A stretch of DNA of 64,000 bases from an uncultured Verrucomicrobiae bacterium. GTDB lineage: Bacteria > Verrucomicrobiota > Verrucomicrobiia > Chthoniobacterales > UBA10450. This document shows positions 53,090 to 62,148 of the stretch, one piece after another. Made by a program: the position numbers and the translations under genes. The notes under the pieces were generated by a model. It did not search any database, was not told the origin of the DNA, and saw nothing but the letters and a program-made list of their open reading frames with translations. The DNA lies in assembly GCA_963772365.1 (NCBI GenBank), contig CAVYXA010000001.1, positions 960,001-1,024,000 on the forward strand. Reading direction: 5' to 3'. How positions within the stretch are numbered: position 1 is the first letter of the stretch; every line of letters starts with the position of its first letter.

Positions 53090-54374
53090 TTACTTTTCGA
53101 ATCGGATCACGTCGCGCTGAAAATATGGCTGTAGTTTTTCCGGAATCTTGATCGAACCATCCGGCTCTTGATTGCTTTCAATCAGCGCCAGCGAATAGAC
53201 GCGGCAGGGCCAGGCCCGAACCGTTGAGTGTATGGCAAAAACGGTTTTTACCATCGACATCTTTAAAGCGCAGGTTCATCCGGCGCGCTTGAAAGTCTTC
53301 AAAGTTCGAGCAGCTCGACGCTTCCAGATATGCCTGCTGAGCGGGCGACCAGACCTCGATGTCGTATGTCTTGGCCGATCCAAATGTGAGATCGCCGGTG
53401 CACAGCTCGATCACGCGATAGTGCAAACCAAGAAGCTGCAACACGCGCTCGGCATCGGCCGCTAACGATTCCAGCTCGTCATATGATTTTTCTGGCACGC
53501 TGATCTTGACCAGTTCGACCTTGTCGAATTGATGGACCCGAATGATCCCACGCGTTTCGCGTCCAGCGGATCCCGCTTCACGGCGGAAACAGGGCGTATA
53601 AGCAGTGAACTTTTTCGGAAGATCGAGAGCGGCCAGAATTTCTTCCCGATGCAGATTCGTTACCGGCACTTCGGCGGTCGGCACGAGAAAGAACTCGCCG
53701 TTCTCCAAACCATACATGTCGGCCTCGAATTTCGGCAATTGAGTGGTTCCGATCATGCAATCGCGCCGCACTAAAAATGGCGGGCTGACCTCGAGATATC
53801 CATGCTCTCGTGTGTGCAGATCGAGCATGAACTGGATCAGCGAACGTTCCAAACGCGCACCTGCGCCAGTAAAACAGATGAAGCCGCTGCCGCTTAACTT
53901 GGTCGCGCGCTCCAGATCGAGTAGGCCCAATTTTTCGCCGAGCTCGACATGATCGAGAATCTTGTCACCCAGTTCCGGTTTATCGCCCCAGCTCCGGATG
54001 ACTTTGTTATCGCTCGCATCTTTTCCGATCGGTACGGTCTCGTGCGGTAAATTCGGAATTTGAAGCAGAAGATTTTTTTGCACTTCTTCATTTCTCCCGA
54101 TCGCTTCGTTTAGCTCGTCGATGTCCTTGTTGATCTGGCCGACTTCCGCCTGCAGTTGCGAAGTCTCTTCGCCGCGACTCTTCAAAGCGCCGATCTTTTT
54201 GCTCAATTCATTCCGTTGCGCCCGGAACTGCTGCACGTTCGTCTCCTCCACGCGTCGCTGCTTGTCGCAACTCAGCACTTCCGAGATCATGAGATCGTAA
54301 TCCTCTCCGCCGCGCGTGCCCAGGCGTTGCTTAACGAAATCGGGTTTCTCTCGAATCAGACGAATGTCGAGCAT
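53090..54374 (-). CDS. serS: Serine--tRNA ligase, frameshift near 53190
   Basis: MLDIRLIRE, PTAEVP, FRREAG, HQFDKVE and LNGSGLA; C-terminus LIESNQEPDGSIKIPEKLQPY in the shifted frame. Confidence 0.95.
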
Positions 54375-54481
54375 GGCGCAGTATGAATTATGAAAGCCGA
54401 ATGTCTAATGAGGAAGGAGTGAACCGAATCCTCGTCTGTCGCCCGGGCAAAGATCAGCAGAGCAAACCTTGCGTTCAGAGC

Positions 54482-54775
54482 CTAATGGGCAAAGCCGCGC
54501 GATCGTTTACCGCGCCTTCGAGCCTCGGGCGGTCTGCGCGATTTCAAGAACGCCGAGCCCGGCAAGGGCAATGTGCGCTTTACCGATTCCTGAGGATGAA
54601 CGCGCACGTTGATTCGGATGCCGCTCGCGTCCTTTCCGCGAAACAGACGCTCCCAATCCGCTTTTGCAGCCTCACAGAGTCGCCGGTAATTGCGATCAAT
54701 CGCCTGCTGAATTGTCGTAACCAGCTCGATCGTGCGGGCCGCAGATTTGATCGTCGTGGTTTCAGGGTTTTCCAT
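54482..54775 (-). CDS. Hypothetical protein
   Basis: 97-aa ATG-initiated ORF, co-oriented with its neighbours and filling the gap; no motif recognised. Confidence 0.4.
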   Translation of the reverse strand: MENPETTTIKSAARTIELVTTIQQAIDRNYRRLCEAAKADWERLFRGKDASGIRINVRVHPQESVKRTLPLPGSAFLKSRRPPEARRRGKRSRGFAH

Positions 54776-54832
54776 CGCTTCGGCGTGAAAGCAGGATTCG
54801 CACCGATTCCACCAGGGAGAGCGCGTGTCTCC

Positions 54833-55864
54833 TCAGAACTGGACCGCGATTCCGCCCCGAAGCCGATAATCGGGGACCGCTTGCAGCGAGGTGTTGTCGA
54901 TGGATACCGGGAGATCTACCGCAATCTCCGCGCTCCACCGCCCGCGAGACGCCACCAACCTCGGCCCTGCAAAAACGGATGTTATGCCGGTGTCTTCAGC
55001 CTTCTTCCCGCGGAATCGATCGACATCCTTGTGTTCGCCGGAAATGACAAATTGCACTCCGGCTATCGTATCACTACGGCGAATAACATAATAGCCAGGC
55101 CCCCCGTTCCAGACAAGGTCGTCAGCAAAATGATACTGATGTGCGCCGTCGCCCCGTAAGGTAAATTGCGTGGCTGCGTCAAAAAAGAGACTCTTATAAC
55201 GGAGTGAGGTTTGTTCGCCAAATAAACCGTCATACGAACCCGTTCCAAGCGTCAGATCGTGTCCATGAATTCCACTTTCCGGCGCCCCCGGAATTTCGAT
55301 TTCATTGAATTCTTCCTTGATGCGAGAAGTATCGCCGGTCGGAAACTTCACTCCCGCCAGGAGGACGGCGGACACAGTGAAATCCGGCTCGTGCTCGACG
55401 GCGACCGGGTTCTTGTCATGGAATTCAAATGATCTCCTGGCCGGTGACGCGTAGTGAAAGGCAACGGTTCTGAGCAGCAGTGAAACATCGCCAACGCCGG
55501 ATACGGTCCCGCGATCGATGGCAAAACCTTTCGGTCTCTTGAAGTCGCGATAGATAATCGGAACATTGACCTGAAGCGCGAACCGGCTCGTTAGGTCATA
55601 ACCTGTCACAAGCTGGGTGATTGAGCTGGCCAGATATTGTCCGGTAGGATTGTCGATCTTGTCGCCGTCAACCTGGAGCGTTCCGAAATATGTAAATTGC
55701 TCGCCGATCGCGCTGTAGAATCCACGAGCCCAGGGCGGCAGATTCGTTTCCTCCATCTGCGCCATGGCATTGAGTTGCGGCGTATAACAACCGCACAGAT
55801 CGCAAGCGCGACTCGCGACCAAACCGAAAGATATAAAGAGGCAAGTCAAACGTAAGATTTTCAT
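54833..55864 (-). CDS. Outer-membrane beta-barrel 'transporter' with N-terminal CxxCGC
   Basis: Signal peptide, ACDLCGC, GVGDVSL, GVKFPTG and LGTGSYD; terminal Phe. Confidence 0.78.
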   Translation of the reverse strand: MKILRLTCLFISFGLVASRACDLCGCYTPQLNAMAQMEETNLPPWARGFYSAIGEQFTYFGTLQVDGDKIDNPTGQYLASSITQLVTGYDLTSRFALQVNVPIIYRDFKRPKGFAIDRGTVSGVGDVSLLLRTVAFHYASPARRSFEFHDKNPVAVEHEPDFTVSAVLLAGVKFPTGDTSRIKEEFNEIEIPGAPESGIHGHDLTLGTGSYDGLFGEQTSLRYKSLFFDAATQFTLRGDGAHQYHFADDLVWNGGPGYYVIRRSDTIAGVQFVISGEHKDVDRFRGKKAEDTGITSVFAGPRLVASRGRWSAEIAVDLPVSIDNTSLQAVPDYRLRGGIAVQF

Positions 55865-55978
55865 CTGGGTTTCTCCTGGAAAGGGAAACAGACTGCGATC
55901 GCTCGCGATGCTTCCCGTTTAAGAAATGCGCGACGCTGCGCTCCGCGTACTCACGCGGCGCAATCGGAGCGCGCAGGA

Positions 55979-56395
55979 TCAAACGGGCGTGAACCGGGGC
56001 GGAGGAACCGGCGGTGAGTCACCGATTCGAGAGCGTGGGAGATTGTGCGGCGGGTAATGAACCGGAACAAACCGTGGAATTAACCGAAAGCTCCGCGTCA
56101 TACAGACAAGATCAACTTTCGGTGTGGCTACTTGGAATTGCGGCTTCTTCTCCGAATTCTTTCCCGCACTTACCACATGGCAAAGAGCGCATGGATGAGC
56201 GCCATCAAATGTTCTGGTGATCGCCGCGCACAAGGACACGCGCTTTGCGTTATCGACAAGCATGGTCGCCCACGCAACCGACTGAAGCGCGATCCAGTGC
56301 AAGCCAATCGCGCAACAAAGAGAAATGATTGTGAGGATGCGGGCACAACAGCGAAGCACGGCTGCAAAGTAACGGCGCAACAAATCAGATGTCAA
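55979..56395 (-). CDS. DUF2946-like small membrane protein (start uncertain)
   Basis: GLHWIALQSVAWATM, HPCALC and C-terminal SPPVPPPR. Confidence 0.7.
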   Translation of the reverse strand: MTSDLLRRYFAAVLRCCARILTIISLCCAIGLHWIALQSVAWATMLVDNAKRVSLCAAITRTFDGAHPCALCHVVSAGKNSEKKPQFQVATPKVDLVCMTRSFRLIPRFVPVHYPPHNLPRSRIGDSPPVPPPRFTPV

Positions 56396-56499
56396 CGAAT
56401 CGAAAGCCGCGCAAAGATTTTGGCCGAGGATCTGGGGAGCGGCGCCTGATTAAAAAGCTGTCATCCCGGGCTTCGCTCAGGATGACAAAGCGGCATGAA

Positions 56500-56536
56500 T
56501 CAAAAACCCGGATCGAAATCCGATCCGGGTTTTTGA
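56500..56536. terminator. Bidirectional intrinsic terminator
   Basis: TCAAAAACCCGGATCG-AAATC-CGATCCGGGTTTTTGA perfect stem with A/T tails. Confidence 0.85.
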
Positions 56537-56541
56537 AATTT

Positions 56542-56726
56542 TTACCCCGCTGGTGCCGTTCAGATGGATCTCCCGTTCCCTTTCGGTAAACGGCGGATGA
56601 CCGTCGTGGAAGCGTCTGACTTCCAATCAAGGCCTGTCATGTTCTTCCAAGACCGAGCCTCCTCTTTTTCTCAATCGAAGTATCGGTTCGAGGACCTCAC
56701 CTTTAATCTCGAACATCGCAGGGTAA
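56542..56726 (-). ncRNA. ssrS: Probable 6S RNA
   Basis: 185 nt with pairing termini (TTACCCTGCGATGTTC...GAACGGCACCAGCGGGGTAA); directly followed by a terminator; downstream of pheT. Confidence 0.68.
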
Positions 56727-56835
56727 ATTTTACATCCCGAAAGCTTCGGGACCAGGAAAGCCGTTAGCGGAGAGTTGAGAGAAAAGCACTGGTTTCCTGC
56801 CCAACCCTCAACCAACGGCTCTCACTTTCAAAGAA

Positions 56836-59181
56836 CTACTCGCGCAATTCCGCGCCGAGTTCATGCCGCAATCGCTCGCGAATTCTCGCGTGGGCCGCGG
56901 TCACTTCCTCATTCGTGAGTGTGCGAGTCTTGTCGCGATATGTCAATGAATAAGCGAGCGATTTTCGCCCCGGACCGAAGTCGCCTCCCTCAAAAAGATC
57001 GAACAATTCCACCTTCTCGAGTAACGACTCCCGCGCTTCCTGAATCACCCGCTCAATTTCCTGATGAGAAATTTTTTCTGGAACAATCATCGCGATGTCT
57101 CGCCGAACGGCCGGAAATCTTTCAATCTCGTGAAACTTAATTTGTCGTCCGGTCAAGAGAAGATCGGCATGCAACTCAGCGATTAATACCGCACCGGGCG
57201 CCGGCGATCTCGCGGCCGCTAGTTGTCCTCCAAACCCAATCATGCGATCGCTCGACCAAACTTCGACAGCGATTGCGAGGTCGGGGAATGTTGTTTTCCG
57301 AAACGACAGCTCCGGAACGATCAAAGCTAGCGCGCCTTTGAGGTCAAACAGATCAAGCTTTCGGCTGCTCTGCGATCGCCAGTTGGATTGATTGGCGAAA
57401 TTTCCCCACAGCAGAATTGCCAGATGTCGCTCCTCCTTTCCCGAGGGTGGAATGAACGCGCGTCCGAGCTCGAAAATCGCCACCTTTTCTGCGCCTGTTC
57501 GAATGTTGCGTTCCAGCACCCCTATCAAATTGCTAATCAAACTGGGGCGCAGAGCGACATGTTCTTCGCTCAATGGATTGCGCAGATCAACGGCATGATC
57601 GCTAAAAGGCGGGGCGATTCGCGGAATGAGTTTCGATGTTCGCGCTTCCGAAAAACCACCCGACACCAACCGGTTTCGCATCGCGGCTTCCCGGTCGTAC
57701 TCCCGATCAGCGTCACTCGTCGGCGTAAATCGGCTTCGGTCCGTGCCCGGAATTTTTTGCACGTCGTAAGCGCGCAATACTTCTTCGATAAGATCGACAT
57801 CCCGCTGCAAATCCCGGCGATAACTTGGTATTTTCCAGGTCGCTCCATTTTTGCTCCTGCTCGTGCTCTTAATCTTGCCCAGTGCAAACCTTTCGAGAAT
57901 TGCATCGACAGTTTTGGGTTGGATGTCGATCCCGAGCAGTCGATCGCATTTGCCGTAACTCAAGGAAACATCCGCTGGATTTTCCGGAAGCTCGCCTGCG
58001 ACCATGGTTTCATTCGCGGGTGTTCCCCCTGCAATTTCACTAATCAAATCCGTCGCCCGCTGCGATGCGCGCAAGACCATTTCGGGATCAATCCCGCGCT
58101 CGAAGCGATAACTTGCATCGCTCGGCAACATCAGATTACGCGCCGTTTTTCGAATGCTCGCAGGCAGAAAGTAAGCGCTCTCCAGCAAAATATTTTTTGT
58201 GGATGCTGTCACTCCCGTTTCCTCGCCCCCCATGACTCCTGCAATTCCTACCGCCCGTTCTTGATCGACCACGACCAGGTTCTCCGAAGTCAGCGAGTAA
58301 GTTTTTCCATCCAGTGCGAGAAACTTTTCACCATCGCGTGCGAGTCGAATATTGATTCCACCGCGCAATTGATCGGCATCGAACGCGTGAGTCGGTTGGC
58401 CGAGCTCGGCCATCACAAAATTCGAAACATCGACAATGTTATTGATCGAGCGCATCCCGACGCTTTCGATTTTTGTGCGCAACCACTGGGGGCTTGGCCC
58501 AACCTTCACATCGTCGATCCTGCGTGCGGAGAAAAACGGACACTCGTGCGGCGCCGAGATCGCCACGCCTCGCTTTTGTTGGGCAGGCGCTCCGCCTGCC
58601 GGCGAGCGATGCGCTTGCCCTACAATTTTCGTGTCCTTCAGCGCCGCAATCTCGCGCGCTAACCCATAATGACTCAGTAAATCACCGCGGTTCGGCGTAA
58701 TCTCCGCATCGAGAATTGTATCGGATGGAAAAACATCGACAATCGCTGTGCCGACCTTTACATCGGGCGATAAAATCAAAAGACCCGAAGCATCTTCCCC
58801 TAACCCGAGCTCGATCGGGCTGCACAGCATTCCCTCACTTTCAACGCCTCGCAATTTGCTCTTCCGAATCTCAAGTCCGTTAGGCAATTTCGCGCCCGGA
58901 AGAGCCAACGGGACTTTATCGCTTACCTTGTAATTCTTTGCGCCGCAAACGATCTGGCGTTTGACGCCACTGCCATCATCCACTTCGCACACGCTGAGGC
59001 GATCCGCGTTCGGATGCTGTGACGATGCAGTGATTTGCGAGACCACTACGTTATCGATCTTTGCACCTCGCTTCTCGACTCCTTTGATCTCAATCCCGGC
59101 CAGCGTCAGCAGTTCGACCAGGTCATCGATCCGTTCGGGAAGATCGACAAACGCGCGCAGCCAGTTAACGGAGAATTTCAT
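56836..59181 (-). CDS. pheT: Phenylalanine--tRNA ligase beta subunit
   Basis: MKFSVNWL, HPNADRL, ITPNRGD, SYRFERG and FPAVRRDIA motifs. Confidence 0.97.
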   Translation of the reverse strand: MKFSVNWLRAFVDLPERIDDLVELLTLAGIEIKGVEKRGAKIDNVVVSQITASSQHPNADRLSVCEVDDGSGVKRQIVCGAKNYKVSDKVPLALPGAKLPNGLEIRKSKLRGVESEGMLCSPIELGLGEDASGLLILSPDVKVGTAIVDVFPSDTILDAEITPNRGDLLSHYGLAREIAALKDTKIVGQAHRSPAGGAPAQQKRGVAISAPHECPFFSARRIDDVKVGPSPQWLRTKIESVGMRSINNIVDVSNFVMAELGQPTHAFDADQLRGGINIRLARDGEKFLALDGKTYSLTSENLVVVDQERAVGIAGVMGGEETGVTASTKNILLESAYFLPASIRKTARNLMLPSDASYRFERGIDPEMVLRASQRATDLISEIAGGTPANETMVAGELPENPADVSLSYGKCDRLLGIDIQPKTVDAILERFALGKIKSTSRSKNGATWKIPSYRRDLQRDVDLIEEVLRAYDVQKIPGTDRSRFTPTSDADREYDREAAMRNRLVSGGFSEARTSKLIPRIAPPFSDHAVDLRNPLSEEHVALRPSLISNLIGVLERNIRTGAEKVAIFELGRAFIPPSGKEERHLAILLWGNFANQSNWRSQSSRKLDLFDLKGALALIVPELSFRKTTFPDLAIAVEVWSSDRMIGFGGQLAAARSPAPGAVLIAELHADLLLTGRQIKFHEIERFPAVRRDIAMIVPEKISHQEIERVIQEARESLLEKVELFDLFEGGDFGPGRKSLAYSLTYRDKTRTLTNEEVTAAHARIRERLRHELGAELRE
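58576..58625. repeat. GTAG-type palindrome in frame inside pheT
   Basis: Minus strand TTGTAGGGCAAGCGCATCGCTCGCC-GGCAGGCGGAGCGCCTGCCCAACAA; the same 15-bp start occurs at 21956 inside uvrB. Confidence 0.8.
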
Positions 59182-59238
59182 GTTCAGTTATATTGTCATC
59201 CCGAGCGAAGTCGAGGGATCCCGGGTAGTGGGTCAGTT

Positions 59239-59850
59239 TCACTTGGCCTTTGGGGAAGGTGGCGGCTGTGACCCCTCGGGTGGGTCGAAAATTTGGATTC
59301 CGCGCGGTCTGTCGTCCTTTTTGGGCGGAGGCCCTAAGTCTGATATGTCGGCTAATTCCTTGGCGACGGGCGGCGGCGGAACCCCGGATGTTTCAAACCG
59401 CGACGTGTTTTTCAAAACGCGCAGCCACTCACGCTGGCATTCAGCATTTATGTCGGCCTGAGCGCCGTGAACCTCAGCCACGTAAAATTTATCAATGTCC
59501 GTCTGTTGAAGTTTCTTGTAACCAAGCTCTTTCGCCATCTCTGACATCAGCTCCAGGTATTTGTAGTTTCGTGAAGACCGAGACACTTCGCTTGGGTCCT
59601 GCAAATTATCGTAATATTTATGCCAGCGATCTAGCACTGTTGGGGAATCTTCAAATATCACATCAATCAGATTCAGAGCATTGGCCCATTCGTAACTTAC
59701 TGGATAGGATTTACGGAAGGCCATTAGGGTTGTGAATAAACGGATTTTCGCATCACGTTTTTCTTTCCTGTGTTGCCACCAAAGCGTGACACAAACGGCA
59801 GTAACTGGACTCAGGACGATGGCAATTACTTCAACAGTAGGAAACGGCAT
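59239..59850 (-). CDS. IS passenger: N-terminal TM helix plus helical domain (DUF6680-like)
   Basis: LFTTLMAFR...WANALNLIDVIF...LMSEMAKELGY; stop codon overlaps the left TIR edge. Confidence 0.7.
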   Translation of the reverse strand: MPFPTVEVIAIVLSPVTAVCVTLWWQHRKEKRDAKIRLFTTLMAFRKSYPVSYEWANALNLIDVIFEDSPTVLDRWHKYYDNLQDPSEVSRSSRNYKYLELMSEMAKELGYKKLQQTDIDKFYVAEVHGAQADINAECQREWLRVLKNTSRFETSGVPPPPVAKELADISDLGPPPKKDDRPRGIQIFDPPEGSQPPPSPKAK

Positions 59851-59859
59851 GCGCCAAGA

Positions 59860-60681
59860 CTAGAGAAGCGCAATAATTTCGTCCAGACTCCAAACGTGCT
59901 TGGAAACGCCAGCTTCCATTGCTGGCGTAACGCGCAAGGTTTGATGAATCCGGCAGAAGTTGTAATACATGAAATAGAGCGCCAGCGCGTGTTCGTGGTT
60001 TTCAAGTTTCTTTGAAAAGCCATTTGTTAGACGAGTGAATCGGCGCATCGACATGCGCATCGTGAGATTCTGGCGCTCGGCAAAACTCGTCGAAACATGA
60101 TTATGATCGGGAGCGCCGATGATGATCGCTTTACGTGCTCCCATGCAGATCGCTGGACTATAGCGCGTCTCTGGAGATTCGTTCACAGCGCCATAAATCT
60201 TTTGCAACATCGCGTAGTCAATCTCCGCTCCGAAGGCATCTTCCACCGCGCTCAAATACGCGCGATGTCCGTCTGTCGTGAGTTGCACGCGATTTGCCAA
60301 TCTCGCTTTCAAGTCGTGCATGAAATGATAAGCGCAACCGGCGTCACGGTGGCCGACAAACCAGCAAGGAATCAATTTTGTTTCCGCATCAAGCGCCGTC
60401 CACGTCCAAACATCGCCCGCGCCCTTTGCTTTCATTTTGGCGCTGCAATTCTTTTCCTTCGCTCCGACGAAACTCCAAATCTCATCGGCTTGAAGGTGTT
60501 TGCATTTCAGATTCACGAAAGCTTTGTCCTGATAATCAGAGCAAGCGCGACCAAGATCACAGAGAAGTTTAACGACAGTGTTTTTCGCAACGCCTGTCAT
60601 TCGGACGGTGGCGCGGATACTGTTTCCTTCGACCAAGCAGGAAACAACTTGCGCCCGTTTGTCGGCCTTCAATTTGTTCAT
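59860..60681 (-). CDS. IS1-family DDE transposase
   Basis: HTH LVEGNSIRATVRMTGVAKNTV; QADEIWSFVG, QLTTDG and ERQNLTMRMSMRRFTRLTNGFSKK. Confidence 0.92.
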   Translation of the reverse strand: MNKLKADKRAQVVSCLVEGNSIRATVRMTGVAKNTVVKLLCDLGRACSDYQDKAFVNLKCKHLQADEIWSFVGAKEKNCSAKMKAKGAGDVWTWTALDAETKLIPCWFVGHRDAGCAYHFMHDLKARLANRVQLTTDGHRAYLSAVEDAFGAEIDYAMLQKIYGAVNESPETRYSPAICMGARKAIIIGAPDHNHVSTSFAERQNLTMRMSMRRFTRLTNGFSKKLENHEHALALYFMYYNFCRIHQTLRVTPAMEAGVSKHVWSLDEIIALL

Positions 60682-60776
60682 CCCCGATACTTGCCCATAG
60701 CAAGTAGTCCGTCAAGAGTTATTCTTGCCCTTTTTTCGTATTGACTACTTGCCCGCTATGTGTATTCTAGTCACCT

Positions 60777-61859
60777 ATGGTTATTGAAAGCTCCGAACAA
60801 GCGAAACAGATGGCCGAGGCGGGAAGCGCAAAAGGTGGTCGCGCCCGTGCAAGCGTATTGACTCCGGAAGAACGTAGTGAAATTGCTCGGAAGGCAGTTA
60901 ATGCGCGGTGGGCGAAAGCGGGAAAAAGCAAGCAGCAGAGTCCAGAAGTGGAAGAGTCGGGACGGGACGATGCGGGAGAAGAAACCGCGTCCGTGACGGC
61001 AGCAAACAACGACAGCCTTCCGTTTTCGATGTTTCGCGGTCAGTTAAGGCTCGGCGACATTGAGATGGAGTGCCATGTCCTTAGCGACGGCAGTAGAGTT
61101 TTTACTCAGAGGGAGATCGTTCGCGTATTAACTGCGGGAAAAGGAAGTAGCAATTTAAACGTACACTTGAAGGGCAATCCATTGATTGACAACGAGTTAG
61201 CCGTGAAAAAAATCAAGGAGTTCAGGGTGCCCGGTAATCCGCAGGTTGCACTTGGCAGAGAAGCAACGGTGCTGATTGAGATTTGCAGCCGATATTTAGA
61301 GGCACGCGATCAAACCAAACTTACGACCGGGGGCCAACTGCGATACGCCGCGCAAGCGGACATCATCATACGCTCCTGCGCGAAGGTCGGCATCATCGCG
61401 CTGGTCGATGAGGCGACCGGTTATCAAAAAGTAAGAGCGAAAAACGCACTCCAACTCAAACTGCAAGCGTTCATCGCGGAAGAATTGCAAGAGTGGGCGC
61501 GAATGTTCCCCGATGATTTTTGGTTTGAGCTAGCGCGTTTAGAGGGTGTGCGATATTCCCCACGGGCGCGACCTTTGCGGTGGGGCAAGTACATCATGGC
61601 CTTTGTTTATGACGCAATCGACAAAGATGTGGGCAAGACCCTGCGCACGAAAAATCCGAATCCGCGCTTCGGACGTAATCACCATCAATGGTTAAAGGAG
61701 TTCGGGAAAGAAAAACTGATCGGTCAGATTCAATCCGTCATTACGATTATGAAACTCTGTAATAACATGGAGGAATTTCGCGCGAAATTCGCTAAGGTTT
61801 TCCAAAAAACTCCACTTCAAACCTCATTCGACGACATCAATTGGAACGTGGCAGCTTAA
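60777..61859 (+). CDS. IS passenger: P63C-domain protein with N-terminal KGG...RA..LT.E.RSEIA motif
   Basis: KGGRARASVLTPEERSEIARKAVNARW; VGIIALVDEATGYQ and WARMFPDDF. Confidence 0.85.
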   Translation: MVIESSEQAKQMAEAGSAKGGRARASVLTPEERSEIARKAVNARWAKAGKSKQQSPEVEESGRDDAGEETASVTAANNDSLPFSMFRGQLRLGDIEMECHVLSDGSRVFTQREIVRVLTAGKGSSNLNVHLKGNPLIDNELAVKKIKEFRVPGNPQVALGREATVLIEICSRYLEARDQTKLTTGGQLRYAAQADIIIRSCAKVGIIALVDEATGYQKVRAKNALQLKLQAFIAEELQEWARMFPDDFWFELARLEGVRYSPRARPLRWGKYIMAFVYDAIDKDVGKTLRTKNPNPRFGRNHHQWLKEFGKEKLIGQIQSVITIMKLCNNMEEFRAKFAKVFQKTPLQTSFDDINWNVAA

Positions 61860-61861
61860 TT

Positions 61862-62017
61862 TTATCGCCCGTGGCTAGAGCGAGAGTGACGCTGAGCGGA
61901 TTGGCGCACGTTCGGCTTCACGCCAGTTGCCTTTTGAAAGACCGAAAACGCGGTCTGTGCAAAATCACGTTCTTCCCTTTTCGGCTGGCGCTTGGACTTC
62001 CGCTTTGGTTTCGGCAC
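61862..62017 (-). CDS. IS passenger: 51-aa basic protein
   Basis: Manually read GTG-start ORF MPKPKRKSKRQPKREERDFAQTAFSVFQKATG..., below the ORF-track cutoff. Confidence 0.5.
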   Translation of the reverse strand: MPKPKRKSKRQPKREERDFAQTAFSVFQKATGVKPNVRQSAQRHSRSSHGR

Positions 62018-62148
62018 GCTAGACCGTTGCACGAATCACCGTGAACGAACAATTAAAAATCAAACTGACCCACTACCGGATCCCGTGGCATTGCGGTACA
62101 TTTCGCAACGGAATGTCTCGCTTTCGCTCGACATGATGGCGTTGCTAC

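Larger units (their letters stand above)
59224..62077. mobile_element. IS1-family element with passenger genes (2854 bp)
   Basis: Perfect 16-bp TIRs GGTAGTGGGTCAGTTT (59224-59239) / AAACTGACCCACTACC (62062-62077); 8-bp TSD GGATCCCG at 59216-59223 and 62078-62085. Confidence 0.93.

Noticed and set aside
54383..55159. 258-aa plus-strand ORF
   Set aside because: It overlaps minus-strand genes, starts in a short-period repeat and has no motifs.
56627..56815. 62-aa ORF after pheT
   Set aside because: It overlaps the better-supported 6S-like RNA.
57388..58662. 424-aa plus-strand ORF
   Set aside because: Antisense to pheT with no recognisable motifs.
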